The position numbers and the translations under genes are program-made. A stretch of 64,000 nucleotides of DNA from Cycas panzhihuaensis (Eukaryota > Plantae > Cycadophyta): positions 120,225,741 to 120,289,740 of the forward strand of contig CM041465.1 of the NCBI GenBank assembly GCA_023213395.1, given 5' to 3'. Positions 1 to 10,132 of the stretch are shown here, one piece after another. A model generated the notes under the pieces. That model searched no databases. It saw only the letters and a program-made list of their open reading frames with translations, and was not told the origin of the DNA. How positions within the stretch are numbered: the stretch's first letter is position 1; the number at the start of each line of letters is the position of its first letter.

Positions 1-226
1 TAAAATTTTATCATTATGTTTCAAAATATGGAGGGCGAATTTCATGACAATCTAACATGTGTAGTAGATGTGTTTGGATTGTTTTGCATGGGGAAAGTCT
101 CCTTCTTATGGCTATGAATATCTCTCTACACTCCCAATCTTGTTGTTGAAAGGAAAATATCGTAGCCATGGTTGAGCAACAATCTCTTAAGATGCCTCTT
201 AATTCTTCTATGATAATTTTAACATG

Positions 227-460
227 ATAAGGATGAAGTTGATCTTATAAAGAGAAAGTATTATCACGAAGTCAATTTTTAGGAGGATTAAAGGGAGAAT
301 CATTTATTATATTTATATTTTATTATGAAGTCAATTTTTGTAGAGAGAGAATTTAGGAGTTGGTTCAGGCAAGAGAAAATAAAGGCTATAAATAGGAAAG
401 CCTTGTTCATTTGTAAAATAATCTTGGAAAATTCTGTTACATGGTATAATGGCTTCGTGC
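227..460. repeat. Left arm of a ~230-bp inverted repeat (partner 1411-1637); LTR-like fragment with a TATA box (CTATAAATA, 386-394)
   Basis: The reverse complement of 1411-1637 aligns end to end with 227-460 (e.g. GGCTATAAATAGGAAAGCCTTGTTCATTT is shared), with scattered substitutions and small indels. Confidence 0.9.
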
Positions 461-591
461 CACTAGGGCCACATGCCTACTAGAGGGTCATTCTCGCCTC
501 AAAGATGATTCGTCAACCGTTGGACATTGTATTAGGTGCTACTGTTTTATGAATCTCATTCCCTATTATTTATATATGTTGTTGTTATCGC

Positions 592-759
592 TATACACAC
601 ACACACACATATATATAGATACATACATGCATATATATATATGTATACCTATATATACATATATATATGTATATATATATATGTATATATATATATGTAT
701 ACATATGTATACATATATATATGTATATATATATGTATACATATATATGTATATACATG

Positions 760-830
<71 letters not shown>

Positions 831-857
831 ACAGATATATATATATATATATGTATG

Positions 858-944
<87 letters not shown>

Positions 945-966
945 GTGTGTGTATATATATATATAG

Positions 967-1053
<87 letters not shown>
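592..1053. repeat. Compound (TA)n/(CA)n microsatellite, ~460 bp
   Basis: Alternating purine-pyrimidine dinucleotide runs are directly visible; they generate the spurious YI/HT ORFs in all six frames. Confidence 0.98.
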
Positions 1054-1054
<1 letters not shown>

Positions 1055-1257
1055 TGAATGATGTTATAAGGGTTTATGGCTGTGAATACATGTTATCTAA
1101 TGTAGTCTGTTGGCATTGAAAAGTATTATTTGTGGTACATGGTTGTAATTATATCTGATCTATTGTAATTTAATGAACCCCACTGTGGAATATTATCTTC
1201 ATTATTTGTTGGAAATAGAACTCTTGCCTGCCATTTTATATGTTGGCCCGCTATAGC

Positions 1258-1267
1258 TGGTATCAGA
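1258..1267 (+). other. Isolated tRNA-iMet PBS-like motif (TGGTATCAGA), possibly marking the end of a decayed LTR that contains the microsatellite
   Basis: 10-nt exact match to the canonical PBS TGGTATCAGAGC. I see no partner LTR or coding region. Confidence 0.4.
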
Positions 1268-1410
1268 CCCTTACTTTCGTCACTGCGAATAGAGTCAGAC
1301 CAGAGCTACATGTGGATATTTTTATGGCCAAAACCCTCTTGCCACCATTTTATATCAGGGAGTGTTCCAAAAAATGGGCCTATCTACCTAAGGTGTTTGT
1401 TTGAGGTTAA

Positions 1411-1637
1411 GCACAAAACCATTATACCACATAACAGAATTCTCCAAAGATTATTTTATAAATGAACAAGGCTTTCCTATTTATAGCCCTTATTTTCTCT
1501 CTCCTTGACCAACTCCTAAATTCTCTCTACAAAAACCAACTTCATAATAAAATATAATAAATGATTCTGTCTTTAATCCTCCAAAGAACTAACTTCATGA
1601 TAACAATTTCTCTTTATAAGACCAACTTCATCCTTAT
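1411..1637. repeat. Right arm of the ~230-bp inverted repeat (partner 227-460)
   Basis: Reverse-complement alignment to 227-460. Confidence 0.9.
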
Positions 1638-1784
1638 TCTAGGAATGCTACAAAAGCCTTCTGTTAATAGCATTTGTGGAAAACACTTTAAGTGGCACCA
1701 ATGTGAGAAGGTTGTCTAGATGCATATGAAACCCATGCATGGGATTTTTGACCCTAATCATAATAAGTAGCATAAGGAGCACAA

Positions 1785-2499
1785 TGTTGACTCAATATTT
1801 ATCCTACTGAGATATCCACTTGTCAAGGTTACCACTGTAGTCTAAGCTGTGTGCTCACGGTCAACATACATATTCATATATTAAATTATGCCTCATAAGT
1901 CCATAATATAATCATAAAACATGATAAAGCATCATGAATTCCTCATTATGTACACATAGATTCCACGTAACTCTGTAATTTCATTAAACAATAGTTAATG
2001 TTTACATCATGGCATGCATTCCATACTAGACCAAACCCAATAGTTCACTTGACTCGACTCTCACTTCCATCCCATTGATTGGATGTGTTTAAATAGTTTG
2101 TTCATTCCTATTGAGGAACAATTGTGACCAAAAGTCACAATCGTCCCTTTTTCTTAACGCACATCCTTTCAAATCGGTCCCTTAACTAATTCATTCCTTT
2201 TGCAAGTTAACTCACACGTGCATCTATATGGTTCCAATCCACGTGTCATTTTTCTGCCCAGTCCGTTCCTCGAATGTTCCTGGTACGTTCCCAGACTTTG
2301 CAACATTCATTCATTTTTTGTTTAGTGTCTTCCAGTGGCGAAATGCACCCTATTTTGCCTACTTACCTGCTGGTTTCTCATCCATTCCTTTTCCTGAACG
2401 TCCGTTGAGCGATTGTCCTGCCTTTATCAGCTATGTTAAACCAATATTAACCACACATTCCTTCCTTTAGACGCACAGGTGTCAATTTTGTCTGCAACA
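1785..2499 (-). mobile_element. Solo LTR (715 bp) of a family related to the 4672-10132 element
   Basis: TGTTG...CAACA termini and a perfect 5-bp TSD CACAA (1780-1784, 2500-2504). Shares blocks with LTR 4672-5530 in the same order (CACTTGTCAAGGTTAC, TTCCACGTAACTCT, TGAC-N5-GTCA palindrome). Strand is inferred from that relative. Confidence 0.9.
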
Positions 2500-2776
2500 C
2501 ACAACCTTCAGTTCAGATGGTCTAATCTTCAATTGAAACATGAATGTATCCTAACAAGGTTTGATATGACCATGATAGCTAATGACGACAACTTCAAGTT
2601 CTTTGTGGAAAGTGATAGGCAAATCAAGGTCATGGATGACAATGCTCTCTCTAATCAACACGCCATAATCTCTTTTGTATTGTCTTGGGGTGTGGATAGA
2701 AAAGCCATGCAAAGGTCCTCCTTTAAGCTAAATGTCTCCCATTTGTCTAATTAGCTTTGTCTAAAAGCCAAGCTTG

Positions 2777-3075
2777 GGATTTTTTACCCCAATCATAATA
2801 TGTAGCACAAAGGACCACGACCTTTGGTTCGCCTAGTCTAATCATCAACTAAAACACAATTATATCCTAAAAAGGTTGGATATGCCCTTGTTGATTGATG
2901 ACAACGACTTTAGGCTCTTTTTGGAAAATGGTAGGACTATCAAGGTCGTGGATGATGCTAATCTCTTTGACTGCCACCCAAGTCCTTTTGCCCTATCTTT
3001 GGGGTATGGACAGAATGTAAGGGTCCTCCTTTAAGCTAAATGTCTCTCATTGGTCAAATTAGCTCTATCTTCAAA
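2777..3075 (+). repeat. Second, diverged tandem copy of a ~310-bp LINE endonuclease-coding segment (first copy = 1741-1784 plus 2505-2775)
   Basis: Both copies share GGGATTTTT.ACCC.AATCATAATA, ATCAAGGTC.TGGATGA and GGTCCTCCTTTAAGCTAAATGTCTC. Confidence 0.85.
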
Positions 3076-4671
3076 GCATTAAGTAAATGCAATCTCTCTC
3101 TCTCTTTCCTCTATTCATTATGAAGCGAATTACTTAGTAGGAAGAGGTTGTCAATGTACTTACTTCTTTATGTAGCGATGTAGTAAAGAAGTTGCTCTTA
3201 TCAATACAAGACTTACAAGGCCAATGGTAAGGAGCTAGTTGCTGCCAAGAGTCAACTAGAACAAAATCCCCTTAAGGATGCTCTTCAACCCAATGTTGCC
3301 CAACTCACCCATAAGCTTAGAGATTCTAAGCTCTAAAAGGCTGAAGGAGCACAAATTAGAGTGGGGATTCACTAGACCAAAATGGGGAATAAATGTCCAA
3401 TCTTTTTTTTAGGTCTTTCCACAAAAACATTCTGCAAAGGATATTTTTAGCCTTAGAATAAAGGGGTGAAAATCGCTCCAGGAAGGAGATAGCCAATGAA
3501 TTTATAAATCATTATAGCAAAGTCTTCCAAGCCCAAGTGTCTCTCCGTAAACACTGAAGCTACTCTATAAGAATGCCTACAAGTAGTTCCTTACAAGCTT
3601 AGGGCATCTTTAAGGGATGATTGCAATGCCCCTACGAGGCTTGAAGAGTTGATTGATGCTTTACATGACATGGCAAATGAGAAAGCCCCTAGCATTGATG
3701 GGTTCACTCATGGATTCTACAAGGCCACTTGGGACTAAACTAGCCCTATGTTGCTCAAAGTATACCAAGAATGTCTTTCCACGAGATCTCTTAGGTCCAA
3801 AATTAACTAGGGTATTATCAAGTGTATTTCCAAAGGAGGAGACCTATAGCTAATTACTAACTAAAGGCCCTTTATTCTTATCGATGATTCATAGAAAAAT
3901 CTAGTTGAGGCAATGACCAAGAGCATTAAGCACATACTCCCTAAAATCGTTAGACCTAAGCAAATTAGATTCATTATGGGCAAATACATTTTGGAAAACT
4001 TGATTGATGTCTAGAAGGGAATGAAGTGGACTAGATCTTTGTCTTCGAAAATCCTCTTTATGAAGATTGACTTTGGGAAGGCATACTATTAGCTTGAATA
4101 AGCTTTCATCCCCCAAATGTTGGCTACTTTTGTGTTTGGGGAAAGGTTTGTTAGAATGGCCCACCCCCTCTTTGTTGATGACTCTGCCTACACCCCTCTA
4201 ATGGAGCAATTACTAAGACTATTGGGTTGAAAAGATCCATTATATTGAGTTGTCCTCTCGCTCCAAGTCTTCGTGTGCTTGCAACTAATGCGCTTGAGTA
4301 CATCATTCTGAGCAAGGTGAAGCTTGGACTAAATAAGGGTATTCACCTTCTTGGCCCCCAAAATAAGCATATGGTCAAATGGATATTTTGTAGACAACTT
4401 CTTCCTTACTATAAGGGTTGATGCCAATTGCATTGCTCAAACACTAGGAGTTGTCCAAATTTCTTGCTTGGCCTTAGGATCTAGAATTCAATGGAAAAAA
4501 AAACTTGTTTCCTTCAATCTAAGCCCAACATGTTATAAGGGACCAAGCAATATGAATGGGCATGAATTTACCTAGAGAAATTTCTAAGTTCATCAACATC
4601 CCATTTGGATTTCAAACCTCCTTAACAGACATGTAGAACTATGTGAATGATGGGTTTAATAAAAAGCTTAG

Positions 4672-5530
4672 TGTTGACTTGTAGGGGGTCTTATTACACT
4701 TACAAGACACCCCTTGCTCACTTGTCAAGGTTACACAGCGCTATAGTCTAGTTTTAGGACACTGTCAACATGGTTATTCATATACATTCCACATACATTC
4801 CATATATAATACACAGAATGGTACACAAAGATGTAAATCAATGCATACTTCAAAGAAATCGTCATCACACACCAAGAATACACTAATTTCCACGTAACTC
4901 TTTCTTTTATTAATTCAACAGTTCAATTACACAGGGGCTGGAATGCATTCCTGAGCATTCCAAAGAAAGATACACCCTTCATACATGCGCATGCCAGATG
5001 GTACTTATCACATATTCTTGCTCCAATCTATTGTCATGCGTCTGCCTTACGCACCTTTGCGTACCCGTGATATCCGGCTCTCACCCTCGAGCATATGACA
5101 TAGGAATGAATAACTCGGCTCTCACACTGGAATGGTCCTCAAAGCACCATTAAATATGTCCCTTTGATGCCTTTTGGATGAAAGGTTATGACCCAAAGTC
5201 ATAACCATACCTTTTTGTCACCAAGGTACCCTTTCACTTTAATCATTAGTTATACACTTAACTAATGTCTCTTTAGGTCCGCAGACGTCGTGGCGACTTC
5301 CCAGCCTCCACCGTCTTGCATCATGCGCACTGTTTCCGTTCGGCTCGTTTCCGCTCCAGACGTATCGTGATACGTGCCCGTTCACGCACCTATCATACGC
5401 ACTGCACGTCTGATTTCTTCACCGCTTTGCCTCGTGCGTGCATTTGCCGGTTCGCATTTTGCATTCCTTTGGTCAATACAACCTGTATTCCGTCTTCCTT
5501 AAGGCCTATGTGTCAAAATATGTCCCAACA
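4672..5530 (-). repeat. 3' LTR of the 4672-10132 element
   Basis: Direct repeat of 9279-10132; TGTTGACTTG...GTCCCAACA. Confidence 0.95.
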
Positions 5531-5929
5531 TCTATCCTGGGTCAACATGATTGGGTTGAGCATCCTTGCTCAACAAAAATTCAAAATTTGGGGTATTCCT
5601 CCCCTCTCTGTTCTAAAATTGCTCCTGCCGCCGCTCGCTCCGCCTTTGGTCGCCATTCTTGGTTAATAAATCCTCATCTATTGGCGCTTTATTTTGTTTG
5701 ACTCCCTTGATTTTCTGTATGATGGTATATCTTTCCTCCATGCTTCACCATATTGCTTATGATATGAGTTACGGTTGTTTTTCTGTTTTTTATTTTTTTT
5801 GTATTTTATGTTACATACCGAACTGAATCACGTTCCGATATCAAGGCAATTTGATTTTGCCTCAACTTCATGCAACACGCTATGGTACAACCAACTGATT
5901 CGGCTGGTAAGTTGCTCCACCCTAGTTGA

Positions 5930-8900
5930 TATAGGGTTTCAGTTTACTACCCTTGACCATTTCGTAGTAGCCGGGCACGATAGTTTCTTCAATCGGATAG
6001 TGCCGCTCCTAGACACCTTCTCAATCCTATATGGGCCTTTCCAATGCATCTTCAATTCTCCTTGGGTCATTTGGGATTTGTTGTCGAATCGCCATACTCG
6101 ATCACCCTTCTTGAAATATGATGTCTTGGCGTGGCGGTCATGCCTTGTCCTTTTCCGCCTTTTCCTTGGTGTGGTATGCTTTGTCGATTTCTTCTTATGA
6201 TCCCTTAATTGGTCTTCTCTAACCAATGTTCTCCAGGTCTCAAATGGGAAATTCCACATAGTGGTTCTCCATAAAAGGGCTTCACATAATCTCCAACATA
6301 TTCTCCATGATTTCTATCTTCTGGAGTGGCAACTGTTTTGGTCACATTAGAAAGTAGGTTACATCTATAGGATGAGGGGTTGACTTGAGAATCGTCCGTA
6401 GCCAATAGTCCACAAATCTCATCTCATTTTCATCATCTCAAGAATTGTAAATTTCTCCAAAATAGGTCGGTTCTTCTTTACGGTAATGGGCGATGTTGTA
6501 GGTTTCTCCGCGAGATGATAGAGGTTTTCTTTGTCACATGAAGAAGTTGTTGCTTCCTTACAACGGTTGTACTTGATCCATTGTCGTATCACCTCAATGG
6601 AGTTCTTCCCCAACATTGGTAATACTACTTTATTTCCTTCATCTGACAAGGTGAAGGTTACGTCTTTCCAACTTTGGAGACATTGGGTTTTGTATAGCCA
6701 TGGTCTCCCAATAACGTGGATAGGAGTTACACCTTTCTCCGTTTCCACAATCGTAAAATCGATCTTTACGACAATTCCTGCCACATCCACCTTGATGTTG
6801 GCCAGTTTTCCCACAGGTCGCACCAACAATTCGTTGGCTAATTTCAACGAATAGGTCGCCACTTCCAACCGGGCTTCGGTTTACGCCACGTCAAGCCGGT
6901 AACACGTTCTGGCGCCTCCATCAATGATTACCCGTGGAATGTTTCTCCCAAAGACCGACATGGTTACCATTGGATCCATGTCGAATGATGGTATAATTTG
7001 TTTCAAACTTTTGGTAATTCCTTTCTGTAACATTCCTCCTTTAATCCAATCAATAACCTGAGACAGAGGAATAGTTAATCGCAATCGCTTCACTAGATTC
7101 TCCATTAATAACAACATTCTGGGAATATCTTCTGCTGGTAATCCTTTAAACAACTCTTCCATTTGCACCATTTGGGGTTTTACCGTCGATTCTTCTGGTA
7201 GTTTTTCTGGCTCTTTTTGTTTGTTTTTCCGAACATAAACATTTTTTGTTTCCGGTTTACCCATTGGTAGTATATTTTCTTCCCGGACTAAACCGTCCAA
7301 CACTTGTTTTGCTTGTTTATACCGATCCATCTATGTTGGAGGGTTTGGATATCCTTCATCCACTTTCTCTTTTTGTTTGTTCTGCAATTTCACATTCTTC
7401 GTTTCTGGCACAATCGTCATTAGATTAGTTGCGTTCGCTTTACCCTTGCAATCTTCCGTTTTGTGGTCGCTTGGGCCACGATTACATACTCTGACGGCTT
7501 TTGTTCGTATTCTAACTTCATCGGACATTCGGACTTCCAGTGTCCGAACTGTAGGCAGATGAGGCATCTCCCCATCGGCTGTTTCTTCCTCGAGGGCTCA
7601 GTGCGCCTCGTTGTATACACATTTCGAGGTGGGTTACCTCTTCCCCGACCTCGGCCTCTAAATGCTTTTCCCCTGGAATTATAAAAACAATCCCTAGTTG
7701 TGTGGGTATCCACCTCACATATGTGGCACCACTTCTCCTTGGTGCGTCGCACTGTTTTTTAAATTCAACTCACATTCCCGGGTGGTATGTGAGTTTTCTT
7801 CACAAATATGGCACCACTTAGTCACCCTTCCGGTGCTCTTTCTTCTTGATGTCTCTTCTTCTTCCCGATTATTTCTGATTTTCAATCGGGCTACCCCTTT
7901 CCGCAGTGTCTCCATTCGACTCTCTTACGCTACCCCTACCGCGGAAGGGTCGATTATCTTGATTCTGTTTCACCTCTCGATCTCATCTTGCAATCTTATG
8001 CAAGGAATCTTGTCCTCTGCTTGGGCATCCATTTCCATCTCGAAATCTAATGCGGATCACGGGCATTCTTGAATGACTTTAGCGGATGAGCATGCATCAT
8101 AGCTCGCAACTTCTCATTCACCCTCTCACGAGTAATTCTTCATGTTATGATCCGTGATCGTCTCGTTGATCATACTTGCTGCAATAATCTTCATTCGGCT
8201 AATGTAAGTTAGGACGGATTCCCGAGCCTCTGCTGATTTCATAATGCGATTTCCATGACTTCATTACTCAAAATTTTTGAAATCTCTCCTCAAACGCTTT
8301 CTTAATCTTCCCCATGGCTCATTTTGTTTATTTCCTTGTACCCACCAAGGGTACTCCTCTCGATGTACAAGCGAAGCGTGCTTTGATTTCATCTTCATCC
8401 GTAATCTTTTGACATCAATAAGGTTTTGAAACAAATACACATGCTCTGCGTCAAGTATCATTGAAGGTTAGTTTCCCAAAGTCTTTGTAATCGTCCATTT
8501 TGGGAGATTGCAACTTTCCCCACCGATGGTGATCTTTCCCTCCTTCGTCCTTTGGGGATGCCTTTGGGAGTAACTACATTGCACTATCTTTTCCAAACAA
8601 CGGATTTTTGAATGGAGTTTTTATGTGTATTGGTTCCACTACACCGGAACTTGTATCGTTAATGGTGTTACCGTAATGTAAGATTGATCCGATCCCCTTT
8701 CGCCGAATCTTCAAACAAATTGTCTCGTTAGCTTATTTTCCCAATATGCCGAGGGACCTTCCTCCGCCTTCTTATCGCTTGTCCCTAGGTCCTTCGGCTG
8801 TCCTCCACCAGTATACTTCCTCTGTTAGGATCTCTTTATGTTTTCATCCACCGATGGCTTCCCTTCAATCTCCCAAGCTAAACAAATCATCTCGATTGAA

Positions 8901-9139
8901 TGGTGTCAATACCATCGTTCGCCATTGATTTCCTCTTCCTGAGGTGTCTGGGCTCCACTTGCCTCAGATCCTTCAACGGACTATCCCTTAGTCTCGTTGT
9001 TTTGCGAACTTAACCTCCTCGCCCTTCTGAGTTTTGCTTCTTTTGACCATCTCAGTGCCCTTTGTCTACTAGTCTCCTTTTCCTTAGGTGAAGTATCCTT
9101 CTGGGGCTCTTCCGACCTTGAAGGCCTTTTAGGTGGCAT
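5930..9139 (-). pseudogene. Frameshifted gag-protease-integrase-tail polyprotein
   Basis: Starts MPPKRPSRS at 9139. CX2CX4HX4C knuckles at ~7813-7772, ~7728-7687 and ~7566-7525, plus a fourth lacking one Cys at ~7487-7449. Aspartic protease motifs VIIDGGA (~6920) and IGRPWL. Then FKKGDRVW...LKMHWKGPYRIEKV (GPY/F integrase tail, ~6130-5940). Confidence 0.85.
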
Positions 9140-9264
9140 TGGAAGGTCCCCTGGCTGTCGGTGGCTTAGTTACAACCCGCCATCACGTGGCCCTGTGGTC
9201 CTCTCGCCTTTACACATTCTTTTTCCTTTGAGACCCCTAGGCCTGTCCCTCCTCAGCGGACGTA

Positions 9265-9277
9265 GGCAACGGAACCA
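9265..9277 (-). other. Primer-binding site complementary to the tRNA-Glu 3' end (TGGTTCCGTTGCC)
   Basis: Plus strand GGCAACGGAACCA lies 1 nt from the 5' LTR and equals the 3' end of plant cytosolic tRNA-Glu as I recall it (...GGCAACGGAA-CCA). Confidence 0.8.
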
Positions 9278-9278
9278 A

Positions 9279-10132
9279 TGTTGACTTGTAGGGGTCTTAT
9301 TACACTACAAGACACCCCTTGCTCACTTGTCAAGGTTACACAACGCTATAGTCTAGTTTTAGGACCTTTGTCAACATGGTTATTCATATACATTCCACAT
9401 ACATTCCATATATAATACATGAATAGTACACGAAGACATGTAAATCAATACATACTTCAACAAATCATCATCACACACCAAGAATACACTAATTTCCACG
9501 TAACTCTTTCTTTTATTAATTCAGCTTCAATTACACAGTGGTGGAATGCATTCTGAGCATTCCAAAGACATCTGATACGCCCTTACATATGCGTACCGGA
9601 TGGTACTTATCACATATTCATGCTCCAATCTACCGTCATGCGTCGTCTTACGCACCTTTATGCACTCCGTGATATCCGGCTCTCACCCTCGAGCATATGA
9701 CATAGGAATGAATAACTCGGCTCACACTAGAATGGTCCTCAAAGCACCATTAAATATGTCCCTTTGATGCCTTTTGATGAAAGGTTATGACCCAAAGTCA
9801 TAACCATACCTTTTTGTCACCAAGGTACCCTTTCACTTTAATCATTAGTTATACACTTAACTAATGTCTCTTTAGGTCCGTCAGACGTCGGCGCCCTCCT
9901 TGGTCCCGTCTTGTCATCGCGTGCACTGCTTCCGTTCGGCTCGTTTCCGCTCACGATGCGTGATACGCATACGTGCCGTTCACGCACCTTTGCCATAATG
10001 CACCCAAAATGCTGATTTCTTCACTGTTTCGCCTCGTGCGTACCTCCGTACGGTTCGTACTTGCATTCCTTTGGTCAATACAACTTGTATTCCATCTTCC
10101 TCAAGGCCTATGTGTCAAAATATGTCCCAACA
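9279..10132 (-). repeat. 5' LTR of the 4672-10132 element
   Basis: Direct repeat of 4672-5530, adjacent to the PBS. Confidence 0.95.

Larger units (their letters stand above)
4672..10132 (-). mobile_element. Young non-autonomous Ty3/gypsy (Athila/Tat-like) LTR retrotransposon, 5.46 kb, lacking RT, RNase H and integrase core
   Basis: LTRs 4672-5530 and 9279-10132 with TG...CA ends. Perfect TSD CTTAG (4667-4671, 10133-10137). PBS at 9265-9277. The internal 3.75 kb encodes only Gag, protease and an integrase C-terminal tail. Confidence 0.95.

Noticed and set aside
536-1061. Six overlapping 99-173 aa ORFs
   Set aside because: Stop-free frames produced by the TA/CA microsatellite; not coding.
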